From Hemiscyllium ocellatum (Eukaryota): a stretch of 64,000 nt of DNA. The stretch is from contig NC_083412.1 of assembly GCF_020745735.1 (NCBI RefSeq), positions 50,719,181-50,783,180 of the forward strand. The letters are read 5' to 3'. Both the position numbers and the translations under genes were made by a program. This document shows positions 1 through 11,030 of this stretch, in pieces. The notes beneath the pieces are model-generated. The model searched no databases. It had not been told where the DNA came from and saw only the letters and a list, made by a program, of their open reading frames with translations. The number at the start of each line of letters is the position of its first letter. The stretch's first letter is position 1.

Positions 1-527
1 TGCAATTCTGGTCTCCTCCCTATCGGAAGGATGCTGTGAATCTTAACAGGGTTCAGCAAACATTTGCAAGGATGTTGCCAGGGTTGGAGGAGTTGAGCTA
101 GAGGGAGAGCCTAAATAGGTTGGGGTTGTTTTCCCTGGAGCATCAGAGGCTGAGGCGCGACCTTATAGAGGCTTGTAAAATCATGAGGGGCATGGATAGG
201 ATAAACAGACAAGGTCTTTTTCCTGGGGTAGGGCAGTCCAGAACTAGAGGGCATAGGTTCAGGGTGAGAGGAGAAAAATATAAAAGGGACCTTTTTTATG
301 CAGAGGGTTGTGTGTGTATGGAATGAGCTGCTAGAGGAAGTGGTGGAGGTTGGTAACAGCATTTAAAAGGCATCTGTTAGGATATATGAATAGGAAGGGT
401 TTAGAGGGATATGGGCCAAGTGCTAGCAAATGGGACTAGATTAGATTATGATAACTGGTCGGCATGGACAAGTTGGACCAAGAGATCTGTTTCCGAAGGA
501 CTGTACATCTCTATGACTCTGACTCTA
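1..527 (+). mobile_element. CR1-clade (HER1-like) LINE 3' fragment
   Basis: ORF 120-326 (GLFSLEHQRLRRDLIEACKIMRGMDR...SRTRGH) is the CR1 ORF2 C-terminus. It ends in the tail GGACCAAGAGATCTGTTTCC...CTCTATGACTCTGACTCTA. Confidence 0.9.
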
Positions 528-1399
528 TTCATTTCATAACGTGTCCCCATAGTTTTGTTCAAAGTTAAGTCTAAGTGGTGAAGCATTTTAACCCATGCCC
601 CATTCAGCCTCACAATGACTATTTATTGATAGTGTAATATTTCTGTCATGTTTATCCTTCTGTATTACTTCAGATTAATATAATGAACCATGAAAATTGT
701 TTAGCATCCTTGGGTTCTTTATATTCTGTGTAACTCAGAAACAACCATAATCAAGAGATTAAACCATACTCTGGGTTTACAAATCACATTACTTAACTGC
801 GTAGAGTTCAAGGTTTCAAATTTTCTCCATATGTACAAACTGGATGATACTAGAATCATAAATGCCTGTTATTCAGTTAATCAATGGACCGTTCATTTGG
901 AAAATTATAGCTGATTCTAAATTGTATGTTTTACCAGTGCACGGACAAAAAAAAAATCAGCTTTTCAAGGTTTAATTAAGTTACAATCTGAAGCCAGTAG
1001 TTACTTAGAGAGGTACTTGGAGAAATAATATTGTCTGTATCAAGTAATACTTCATTGAATGGTTATGAATTCTTTTGTTTTACAGTGAATAATTGTACTG
1101 TATTATTTAGCATTCCATAGTGTTACATGCAGTAAGCTAAAGAATATGACCTCACTTATTTTTCTCTTTGGCTTCTCAACTGCTCTGACACCTATTTCTA
1201 ATTGCCTCTTTGAGACTTCTTTCTTTCCCTGTATGGTATGTGACTGGGAAAGGATCCACTATTAGCTGTATGTGAGGGTATTATTGCGAAAATGTGTGGG
1301 CCTCCTAACATTACTTCTACCCTTCTCCTTTGTTGTACATCCAACACTGTATGTCATTCCCAGCATCATCCACCCAGTCTGGCTTATCCCAGACTGAAC

Positions 1400-1765
1400 A
1401 GATAAGATTAAAGGTTGTAAGTTTGCTCACTGAGCAGAAGGTTTGTTTGCAGACGTTTCGTCACCATGGCTGGGTAACATCATCGGTGAGCCTCCAGTGA
1501 AGTGCTGCTGTCATATCCCGCTTTCTATTTATGTGTCTCAGTCTTTTAGGGTGGGTGAAATCATTTCTGGTTCTTTCTCAGAGGATGGTAGGTGGGATCC
1601 AAATTGATGTGTTTATGATGGAGTTCAGGTTAGAATTCCTGTGTGTGTGTGTCTCTATTTGGCCTGTCCTAGGGTTGGCCCAGTCGAAGTGGTGTCCTTC
1701 TTCGTCTGTATGTAAGGATACTAGTGATGGTGGGTCATGTCCTTTGGTGGCTAGTTTACAACTAG
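1400..1765 (-). mobile_element. Penelope-like element 3' fragment (GIY-YIG C-terminus plus terminal repeat)
   Basis: The minus-strand peptide SLVSLHTDEEGHHFDW...NSII resembles the PLE endonuclease tail. A hammerhead-like motif follows it. Confidence 0.75.
1448..1490 (-). ncRNA. Minimal type-I hammerhead ribozyme-like motif (core variant CCGAUGA)
   Basis: Reverse complement reads CA-CCGATGA-T-GTTACC-cagccat-GGTGAC-GAAACGTC-TG. Stem II pairs and the ACGT loop is palindromic. Confidence 0.65.
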
Positions 1766-1989
1766 TAGACATAAAGGCTCCAGAGACATCTAGGATGAGG
1801 GACCCTGGCGCATCAGTGAAAACCAAAAGGTGAAACATTTACAACTGTCTTCACAGCTTGGAGTGCTGCATGAATGATCCATTCTGGCCCCCTCTTGAGA
1901 TCCCCAAGTATCACAGATGTCAGCTTTGAGACAATTTGATTCATTCCATATGATATAAAGAAATAGTTGAAGACACTGATGCAGCATAG

Positions 1990-2665
1990 TACTAAAGTCG
2001 CATGTTCAAGACCAACTCATCCTTGATATTCAATGGTTTTACCAATACTGAATCCTCCACCATGAATATCTTATGGATTACCTTGACCAGGAACTGAACT
2101 GACTCAGTTCTATGTGTACTGTGGTGAAAACAGCAGGTCTTTCTGTGGAGAGAAACTAATTCCTGGTTCTCCAGAGCCTGGCCACCATCAACATGGTGCA
2201 AGTCAGATATTTGATGGAATCTTCTCTACTTACATGGATGAATGCATCTGCAACAACATAGTTAACATTTCCCAAGGCAAAGAAACTCAATTGATTCACC
2301 ACTGTTCATATTCTGACCCATTGTTATGTTGTACGGTGGCAGAACTGTATACCATCGACTAAATACAAGGTTCCTTCAACAGCATCTTCCAAATTCATTA
2401 ACTCTTCCACTTTGAAGAAAAGTGTAGCAGAAACATAAGAGCGCCACCACAAGTTCTCCTCCAAGTCACTCATCTTATTGACTTGGAACTTATCATCATT
2501 TCTACACTATCACTGGTCAAGAAATTAGAACTCCTGTCCTGTTGGCAGTGTGAGTGTACCTATACCATATGGACTGCAGCAGTTCAAGTAAACAGCACCA
2601 CCATCTTGTAGAGAGTGATAACAGTTGATCAACAAATGTTGGCCTTCCCTGTGACAATTGCATTC
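1990..2665 (+). mobile_element. Old LINE 3' fragment (second CR1/L2-group family)
   Basis: It shares the 3' block GTACCTATACCATATGGACTGCAGCAGTTCAAG...CACCACCATCTT with copies near 51650-52040 and 58425-58785 (+) and 27545-28150 (-). Confidence 0.65.
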
Positions 2666-2994
2666 CAAGAACAATTTTTTAAAAGGGTAATTAATAAGGG
2701 TTTTATGGTCTGGATCACAGATAACTAAAATAAAGGTGAAGTAATGAGAACGACTTGTACAACGTTGAAGTTTGCTACGTCTTGGCTTCTTCATCTGCTC
2801 ACTCATAATGCTTTGTGAAAATTGGCAACAAGACAAAAGTTGGTCTTGTAGGTTGTGAAATTGTTATGTTAGTTGATTGGTTCAGACTGCCAGTATACTC
2901 ATGTATGAACCAATATTTTGTTTATTAATCTGTCTGAGTTTGGTAGTTATTTAAAGAATAACTTGGGTTTCAATGTGCTTTTAAAGATCTTAGT

Positions 2995-3330
2995 ACATCC
3001 TAAAGCACTTTAGAGTTCATTGCACATTTTTGATTATAGGGACACAGCAGACAATATGCACACTCCCATGAACTTCATTGTGGTCATTATTAGCTCATCA
3101 GTTTTTATGAAATTCAGAAATAGATGTATATTTTTCCAAGATATCAAGGAAAACTTTGTTGGTCTTCAAAAATGATGCCATGGGATCTTTTATATTTACC
3201 TGACAGGAGACAGGGCCTTAGAGCAGGCCCTGCCAGAGGAGAATATTTAAACTATCAGTTCTGTATAAGAGTGTCAGCCTTGATGTTCAAGTCTCTAGAG
3301 TCAACTTGGAGCTCACAATGTTCTAAGTAA
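2995..3330 (-). mobile_element. Degenerate Deu-domain SINE (SacSINE1/AmnSINE1-like)
   Basis: Motifs TGCCATGGGATCTTTTA, GAGTGTCAGCCT and TCAAGTCTCTAGAG match the reverse complement of the Deu-SINE core and head as I recall them. It is related to the copy at 49318-49745. Confidence 0.55.
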
Positions 3331-5199
3331 AGGCTTATATAAAGTCCACCAACTATGTAGTCACAAGCAATACCTTTATGTAATTCTTTATATACAAGTT
3401 TGCCAACATGCATTATGCTAAAATAAAATTGATGGCCATCAAACTTGCCTTGTTATGTAAATGTAGTTTCTATGGCAACAGGTCCTTCATCAGATATTGG
3501 AGAAACACCTCTTGAAGCTGTCCTGCAGTACACTATTAAAACAACACCATCTGGACACAAAGGATTGTAATTCATTTTATTATTTTTCTATTTTGCTGCT
3601 AATTTGGTTTCAGCGTTGTATGTTGATAACATTATTGGAGCTATTTCTCAGAGGAGTAAGTTCAACCGTAACTGATTTTAAAAACTCAATTAACATTAAT
3701 AGAGATTCAATAATTAAACCAAATGGTCTTTAATTGTGTGACTGCATAATTGCACTACCTTATGTGACCTAAGTGCACTTTTGTCCATTGCTTTAATTTT
3801 GGGATAGAATTTCAACTTTATATATGCACTAGTTTTGGAAAATGTCTTCTTCCTCAAATTGCTGCCCAAAGCATTTGTGTGTCACTACATAAGATCTATT
3901 ATGAATCATTGTTCATCAGAGACATGGAACACGACCTTTCGCACACTTGCAAACGCAAGTTTAAAATGGACTTATTTGCCATCAGTTGCTTGTTCTTATT
4001 AAAGAGACATTTTAAGAATATTTTTAAAATGCAAATCATTCAAAAGATTTTAAAATATAGCTATTTATGTCCAAAAAGGGAAAGCTTAATTTTAAAAGCT
4101 TCCTAGAAGAACCACACTTTAGGGCCCTAAGTAGAACTCAGCCTGTTTAACAATCCGTTAACATAATGATTTTTGAAAGTGGGTGGAAGCATTATCTTCT
4201 GCTATGATGATTTTTAAACTAATGGCAATTATCATGGAAATTTGAAATATCTTGAATGCAACTTATAGTTTAAATTCTGCAATTTTCTGTACTGGCTTTG
4301 CCATATGGGTATATTGCATTAAAATCCATTTCACCTAGCAGAAATGCAATGATGTTGACTCTTTAATTGATATTTGATTGCACGGTATATTAGTCATGTG
4401 GCTATTAGTTGTCTGAGCTTTGATGCTGAGCACATCCAGAGAGCTCTAATAATACTGTAGTAGTATCCCTAGCTCTGAGCCTGGAGATCCCGCTTCAAGT
4501 CCCACTCAATCTGAAGGTGCACAATAACAATTTTGAACAGGTTGGCTAAAATTATCACAATGGTGAACCCAGTTGCTGAGGCGATTGCAGTCTGACTGAT
4601 CATGTCGTCCCTCAACATCCATATATGCTTCCAGTAGAATGAGCTAAAAATTTTGTTTGCCAACTCCTGTTGTGCTGATTGTTTTTGTGATAAACAACAA
4701 TGCAAATAGAAGAGTTTTTAAAAAACTGTAAAGACTGGCTATTTATGATTTTGATACTTTCAAAAAAGTTATATTACTAATAAGAAATTAATTCAAACAA
4801 AGAGAAAGATAATTGACATGTTGAAGTATTTATATATTTGGTTTGTTATCAAAGGAGTACGGATTATTTTTCTGTCATACTCATCGAGGTGGTGGAGGCT
4901 AACATTTGGGAATGGAACATTTTCTTTCTTTGGATACCTATTAGTGATAAATACTTCTAGCTGAATAAAGCATCCCTTATTTTCCTTTAATATTCCACCT
5001 CTAACTTGACTGAATATAGAGTTTTGGGGTCTGAAAAATGCCAAATTATTCTTTTAAGCTGAGACAATAATCAGGAACTTCCTCAAAGCTGTTTCCATAA
5101 ACCTCTTTGCAGTGTTTGCATCAAAAACTCTTTCTTCTACTTGCTAATGGTGCTGAAACAAAACCTTATCGAGGGTCATCTCTGTGTCTTGACAGTAGG

Positions 5200-5660
5200 T
5201 TAGATGGGTGATTGAAGGTAAAGGAGATTACAAGAGATATCAAAGCCACGGAAAATGTAAAAATAGATTTACTGGAATAGGATGAGGCATTTCATTTGTG
5301 TGTTAGGCTAAAGAAAGTGGTATTGTTCTTTTTGAGCAGTGTAGGATAAAGCATTTAAAATATTATATGGGATTTTACTGTAGCATGAAGGGAAAAACTG
5401 CTTCCGTGGACAAGAAACAGAGGATATAGATTTGAGAAAATTGGCAGGCAACCAGAGTCAAGATTTATTGGTTTTCTTTAATGATGTGGAATGAAAGCAC
5501 GCTGAATGAGGATTCAATAATCATTTTTGAAAAGGAATTGGATGAACATTTGATCGTGAAAGATCTGTATGGATAGATCAGGAGAATAGTCTTTTGGATA
5601 GCTGTTTAAAATGTACAAGTGAAAAGAAAAGTCTGAAAAGCCACTTTCTGCCTGTACAGT
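5200..5660 (+). mobile_element. Highly decayed CR1 LINE 3' fragment
   Basis: Degenerate CR1 C-terminal and 3'UTR motifs (e.g. TTTTGAAAAGGAATTGGATG). Confidence 0.5.
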
Positions 5661-5904
5661 TATCTGGTTTTATTGAGGGTTATGGACATCAGGTAGGCAT
5701 ACAAGGATTGGATTAATTAACGTATGAAAGATAAACACCAATACTGGTTGATTTGAAAATCATTTCCGGATTGTTTCTATTCAATTATATGCAACAGCAC
5801 CTTAAGTGTCAAAAACTGTATTTTTCTGCTGCAGATTGAGAAAGAATTAGGAAATGAATTGAGACGGCCCATCCTTATTTCTGATATTTATTGTTCTTGT
5901 ATGT

Positions 5905-6600
5905 TAGAAATGTAGAAAATCAGCAAAAGATTAGACCACTTGGCCCATCAAGCTGAATATCTGCCATTGGCAGATGCTCTATCTCAATGTCAAGTACATG
6001 TCCTCTTACCATCCCTCTTGACATATTTTGCCCCCAGAGGTTTGATTCTTTTTTTGAATATATTCTGTGATCTGGCCTCCAGGCCTTCTGTGGTAGGAAG
6101 TTTCACAGGTTCAGCATCCTTTGGGAAAAGAATTTTCTCTTTCTCCCCAATCAAAGTGATCTCCCATGTATTCTGAGACTGTTACCCTTTGTTCTGGAAC
6201 CCCTTGCCCAGGAAATCATTGTCCCTGCATCCAGCCTGCCCAGTCCTGTCAGAAATGTAAATGTTTTAATGAAATTCCACTCTCATCCTTTTGAACTTCA
6301 GTGAAAACAAGATCCAGTTTACCAAATCTCTACACATTCAACAGACCTGATGTCCCAAGAATCAGTCTGGTGAACATTTACTGCACTCTCTCTTTGGCAA
6401 TCTTTCCTTGGGTAAGGAAGCAAAACTGCACTTAGTACACCAAGTGTGACCTCACCAAGGCACTGCACACAGCAGTAAGATTTCCTTGCTCCTGTACTCA
6501 AACCCAGTTGCAATAAGGACCGACATACTATTTGCTTTCCTAACAGTTTGCTGTACTTTATGCTTGCTTTTAGTATACAAGGAGACCCAAGTACCTTTTG
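5905..6600 (-). mobile_element. Old CR1 LINE 3' fragment
   Basis: Reverse-complement CR1 ORF2 C-terminal motifs and a tail hairpin (AGACCACTTGGCCC). Confidence 0.7.
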
Positions 6601-6724
6601 TAAATTATCATGATGTTATATGTCGAAATGCTGAAAGGGTTTCTTTGGGAGTAAACACATTGTAACACACACACTGCATAACCTTTTGTATTTCTGATAT
6701 GGAGGAGCTGGGGGTGGGGGGTGG

Positions 6725-6890
6725 GGGTGTGTTGGACTGGTGTGGACAAAGTTAAGCATCGTACAACACCAGGTTTACTTGGAAGCACTAGCTTTCAGAG
6801 CACTGCTCCTTCATTAGGTGGTTGTGACAACCCACTGCTTCTAAATAAACCAGTTGGACTATGACCTGGTGTTGTGTGATTTTTAACTTT
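6725..6890. mobile_element. Short palindromic PLE-terminus element with a hammerhead-like centre
   Basis: Inverted arms AAAGTTAAGCATCGTACAACACCAGG and CCTGGTGTTGTGTGATTTTTAACTTT. The minus-strand core reads CAC-CTAATGA-AGGAGCAGTGCTCT-GAAAGCTA-GTG. Same family as 50770-50878. Confidence 0.65.
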
Positions 6891-7789
6891 CTTCTACTTC
6901 ATTATCCTGAAACAGGCTGGAATAAAGACAATCTTTATCTTTTCATACCATTTAAAGAGTTTATTGGACAAAGCAGTTAGAGATTATGTTGGGAAAGGAA
7001 TATAATGTTGCAAGATGCAAATGTTGATTTCATTTGGCATATAACCATTAATCAGCAGTTAAAACTTCTTTATCATTATCAACCAGCCATTCACCATCTA
7101 GCCTGTAACACAGAATAGCACTGATCAAATTAGTAGCAATGTGCTTACCTCATACTATGATGAGATATGAAATCAGCTGCTCAATAGCAATTTTTGGTTG
7201 AAAACAATTTGGCAATAAGTGAACCTGGTGCAAGTAGGTGGAGTAAAACAAATAAGCATACAGTTTTATTGGTTTAACTTTGATCTAATATCTGGTGAGC
7301 TGAATAGCCTATATTTTAAATATAACGAAAGCAAAAAGAGATTTTTGACAACATAAAAACTTATGATCCACATGCAGAATAAAATCATATCCGATGGCAT
7401 GTGTGAAATGTCTTTATTATGCTGATATGCCAAGTAAGGTTTAAAAATATCAAAACAGGGGTATGACATGCAATGTTTCAACAAAATTATACTTCATGAA
7501 ATTTCATAATAGATCTGGGAGAACAACAGAAGAATAAAGCAGCAATGCACAACTAATGATCTTTCCTAGATAGTAAAATTGAACGTGCTAATCAGGAGTG
7601 CCATATATGTCAGAGTAACCTACTAGAAAGTCCTACTGAAACTTGTGGAAAACTACAGCAATACATTCACATTGATTTTTACCAAGCTGAAGAAATGGAA
7701 ATTGTCACTCCAAATTTTTGAGGGAGTAAAGTGATATGTATTGCACTTATATATTGTGCAATTTGATGCCCGAGCACCCTAATTTGATG

Positions 7790-8455
7790 AGAGTTACAGG
7801 TAGATAGGATAGTGAAGAATGCATTTGGTATGCTTTCCTTTTTTGACAGAGTATGGAGTACAGGAGTTGGGAGGTCATGTTGTGGCTGTACAGGACATTG
7901 GTTAGGCCACTTTAGAAATATTGCAGTTCTGGTCTCCTTCCTATGTGAAGGATGTTGTGAAACTTGAAAGGGTTCAGAAAAGACTTACAAGAATGTTGCC
8001 GGGTTGGAGAATTTGAGCTATAGGGAGAGGCTGAACAGGCTGGGGTTGTTTTCCCTGGTGTGTCGGAGGATGAGGAGTGACCTTGTACAGGTTTATAAAA
8101 TCATGAGGGGCATAGATAAGATAAATAGACAAGGTATTTTCCATGGAGTGGGGGAGTCCAAAACTAGAGGGCATTAGTGCAGGGTGAGAGGGGGAAGATA
8201 TAAAAGGGACCTAAGGGGCAACTTTTGCACATAGAGGGTTGTGTGTGTATGGAATGAGCTGCCAGAGAAAGAGGTGGAGGCTGGTACAATTACAGCATTT
8301 GAAAGGCATCTGGAAGGGTAAATAAATAGGAGAGGTTTAGAGGGATATGGGCCAAGTGCTGGCAAATGGGACGAGATCAGGCTGGGATATGTGCTCGGTT
8401 TGGACAAGTTGGACCAAAGAGTCTGTTTCTGTACTGCACTTCTGTATGACTTTAT
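7790..8455 (+). mobile_element. CR1/HER1-like LINE 3' fragment
   Basis: Colinear with the copy at 1-527, with the same 3' tail. Confidence 0.9.
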
Positions 8456-9008
8456 AAATTATTACAATTACTCTCGATGATCATCTATTTGTAATGTCTG
8501 AATCAAAGGTTCTGGAGAGTTGGAAGTAAAATCAACCTTTACTTTATGAAACCAACTTTCCTGTTTATTGTACAAAACAATTTTCTTCAAATCTTAATGG
8601 AAAAAAACCAATGAAGACCTTAATCTCATTAGTCTAAGTAAATGGTAATCATAGTCCTGAGACTGAAAGTATTGTATCTGACCCATTGTACACAGTGTCA
8701 TAAAAATATTTTCACTGGGATGATTTTTTTAAAGTTTTACATTGACTTCCTGTATGTTTGAATTAATGGTTAGTATTTTCCCATCCCTTGAATAGCACAT
8801 GAAATACTGAGTCAGTTGGGAAAAGTCTGATTTTCCACCCAAGGTTTGAACTATGAGAGGCAAATCTCACTATTGAGTAACAAGAGGTCTGTTTGCATGC
8901 ATCTACACCTCATTATTACCTGATCTTGCTTTATTTATATGGAGTTTGCTATTCTCCCATCCAGTGGTGACAACTCTTAGTAAGAAAGACAGAGCAGGTT
9001 CCTTATGG

Positions 9009-9742
9009 TGTTGTGGAGAAAGCATAGAGAACCACTAGGAGACACAGAGAGTTCTTCAAGAAGTAGGTCTTTTATTTGCAAACAAAAAACCATGACACTG
9101 AGAAAGCAGATTCTTGAATATCCATGAACCTCAGGGTCCATGGATCTTTATTTTTTTTAATCATGTTTCTGTTAGCTTATCAACATGTCCAACTATATTA
9201 AACAAAGTACCTCACCCTAGCTTGACAATAAACCAGTGATTTTAGTTCCCATTATCTCTTTAGTTGTACATTCTACTTAATGTTATTCTAATGTCACGGT
9301 TAGATATTTAGTGCTAACTCTTGCAACGATGGTCTTTCATTCCAGACCCTACTTAATATTTTCCTAAAGTCATGATTAGATATTTATTATCAGCTCTGCT
9401 ACAGTGATCATCCATTCCAGACTAACCTGAATGATAGATATTTAGCTATTCCATCTGTTACAATAGTCTCCTGTCTTAAGCTGGCTCTACTAACTACTAA
9501 TTAGATATGTCCCAAATATTTATGATCCCAATCCTGTCATAATAACACTTAACAGAGAAATTTGCTTTATTACTTGTGTTATCTCATCTCGCCATAGTGA
9601 CCTTTCAGCCTTAACCTTACTGTGCTAATTGGTATAACAGCATTCCACTATTCTTATTCCATCCTGCCTTTCACAGACCACAGATTGCCAGTGGTCTTCA
9701 TGCTTTAACCCCTCCATGGTTTCATGTTCTTTATTTTCCATA
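9009..9742 (-). mobile_element. Probable solo LTR
   Basis: It starts TGTTGTGGAGAA and ends TTTTCCATAA (imperfect terminal inverted repeat). There is a minus-strand AATAAA near 9071-9076 and internal repeated TAGATATTTA blocks. Confidence 0.45.
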
Positions 9743-9749
9743 AGGGCTC

Positions 9750-9842
9750 CATTCCTGATTAAGGGCTTTTGCCTGAAACGTTAACTCTCCTGCTGTTTGG
9801 ATGCTGCCTGACCTGCTGTGCTTTTCCAACACCATACACTCA
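9750..9842 (+). mobile_element. PLE terminal fragment with hammerhead-like motif
   Basis: CTGATTA-AGGGCTTTTGCCT-GAAACGTT is followed by the GATGCTGCCTGACCTGCTG block also seen at 22950-23430 and 36430-36518. Confidence 0.65.
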
Positions 9843-9979
9843 ACCCCTCATGGCTCCAACTCTAATTTGATTTTCCAGGCCTCCATCTTGGCCAGCAGCC
9901 TCCCAATGTCTTTTGGTACACTTCATGGGCAGTTAGTCCACTGAGTTGGCATCGGACATGCCTCAGCCTCCCTACATAA

Positions 9980-11030
9980 TATTTGCAGTCAGAACAAATG
10001 TGTTATGCAAAGCAGTTGCCCAGTCTGCACTTTGTTTCCCCAAAGTCTGAGCAGCGAACACAGTAGACTAGACTAAGTGACGTGCAAGTAAATCGCTGCT
10101 TCACCTGGAAGGTGTGTCTGGGTCCTTGGATAGTGAAGAGGAAGGAGGTAAACAGGCAGATGTTACACCTTCTGCAATTGCAAGGGAAGGTGCCATGGTG
10201 GTGTGAGGTGATACTTGGAGTGGAGGAGGAATGGACCAAGGTGTCCCAGAGTGAAAAATCCCTGCGGAAGGCTGACACGGGAAGAGACGGGGATATGTGT
10301 CTGGAGATTGTATCCCACTGGAGGTGATGGAAATGGTGGCTAATGATCCTTTGGATGTGGATGATAGTGGAACGGTAGATGAGGACTGGGGGACCCTATC
10401 ATTTCTTTTGGAGGAAGGAAGAGGGGGTGAGGGCTGAAGTGCAGGAGATGGGAAAAACATGGCTGAGGATGGTCTTGAGCCTCCTGTTGCCTGCCATTTC
10501 AACATACCGCCATGTTCCCAGGCCAATGTCTCTGTCTCAGGCTTACTACAGTGGTCCGTCAATGCCCAATGCAAGCTCGAAGCATATCGCCTCATTTTCT
10601 CTTTGGGGACCCTGCAGCCTTCAGACTCAATTTTGAGTTCAATAATTTTACAGCCTGAGCAACTTCTCTCATGTTCTTCCCTGAACCTCCCCCCCCCCCC
10701 CCCCCCCCCCACACACCAGGCCTTGTCATCACAAGCAACCCATTGTCAGCTCCTAATGGTCCCCATTAGCAGTGATTGATTCTCCCAGGCTGACCTTTAC
10801 CCTTTCCTTTGTCTGCCCAATTGTTTTTCTTTCCGTGGGCTCCATCTCTATCTGTCATTTACTCCTTTTCCCCATCCATCCTACCTCTTTTCGAGCATAT
10901 CGACCAACCTTTTCCTAGTTACGATCAGTTTTGAAGAAAGGTCACTGGATCTAAAATGCTAACTCTGAATTCTCTCCACAGATGCTGCCAGATCTGCTGA
11001 GTTTTTCCAGTAATTTCTGATTTTGTTTCT
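9980..11030. mobile_element. Penelope-like (Neptune-type) element fragment with 5' inversion
   Basis: The minus segment ~9980-10465 encodes GTFPCNCRRCNIC...FTCTSLSLVYCVRC...GETKCRLGNCFA (Cys-rich linker plus GIY-YIG). The plus segment from ~10468 encodes PVACHFN...LIFSLGTLQP, then the 3' terminal repeat with a degenerate hammerhead at ~10926-10962. Confidence 0.85.
10689..10710 (+). repeat. poly(C) tract
   Basis: Uninterrupted C run of about 22 nt inside the PLE 3' region. Confidence 0.9.

Noticed and set aside
9295-9510. Spaced TAGATATTTA repeats resembling a CRISPR-like array
   Set aside because: The repeats are only ~10 bp, irregularly spaced, and the 'spacers' are mutually similar. The context is eukaryotic with no cas genes.
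10101-10712. 203-aa minus-strand ORF, the longest in the track
   Set aside because: It is a chance read-through across the PLE inversion junction, beginning in a poly(G) tract.
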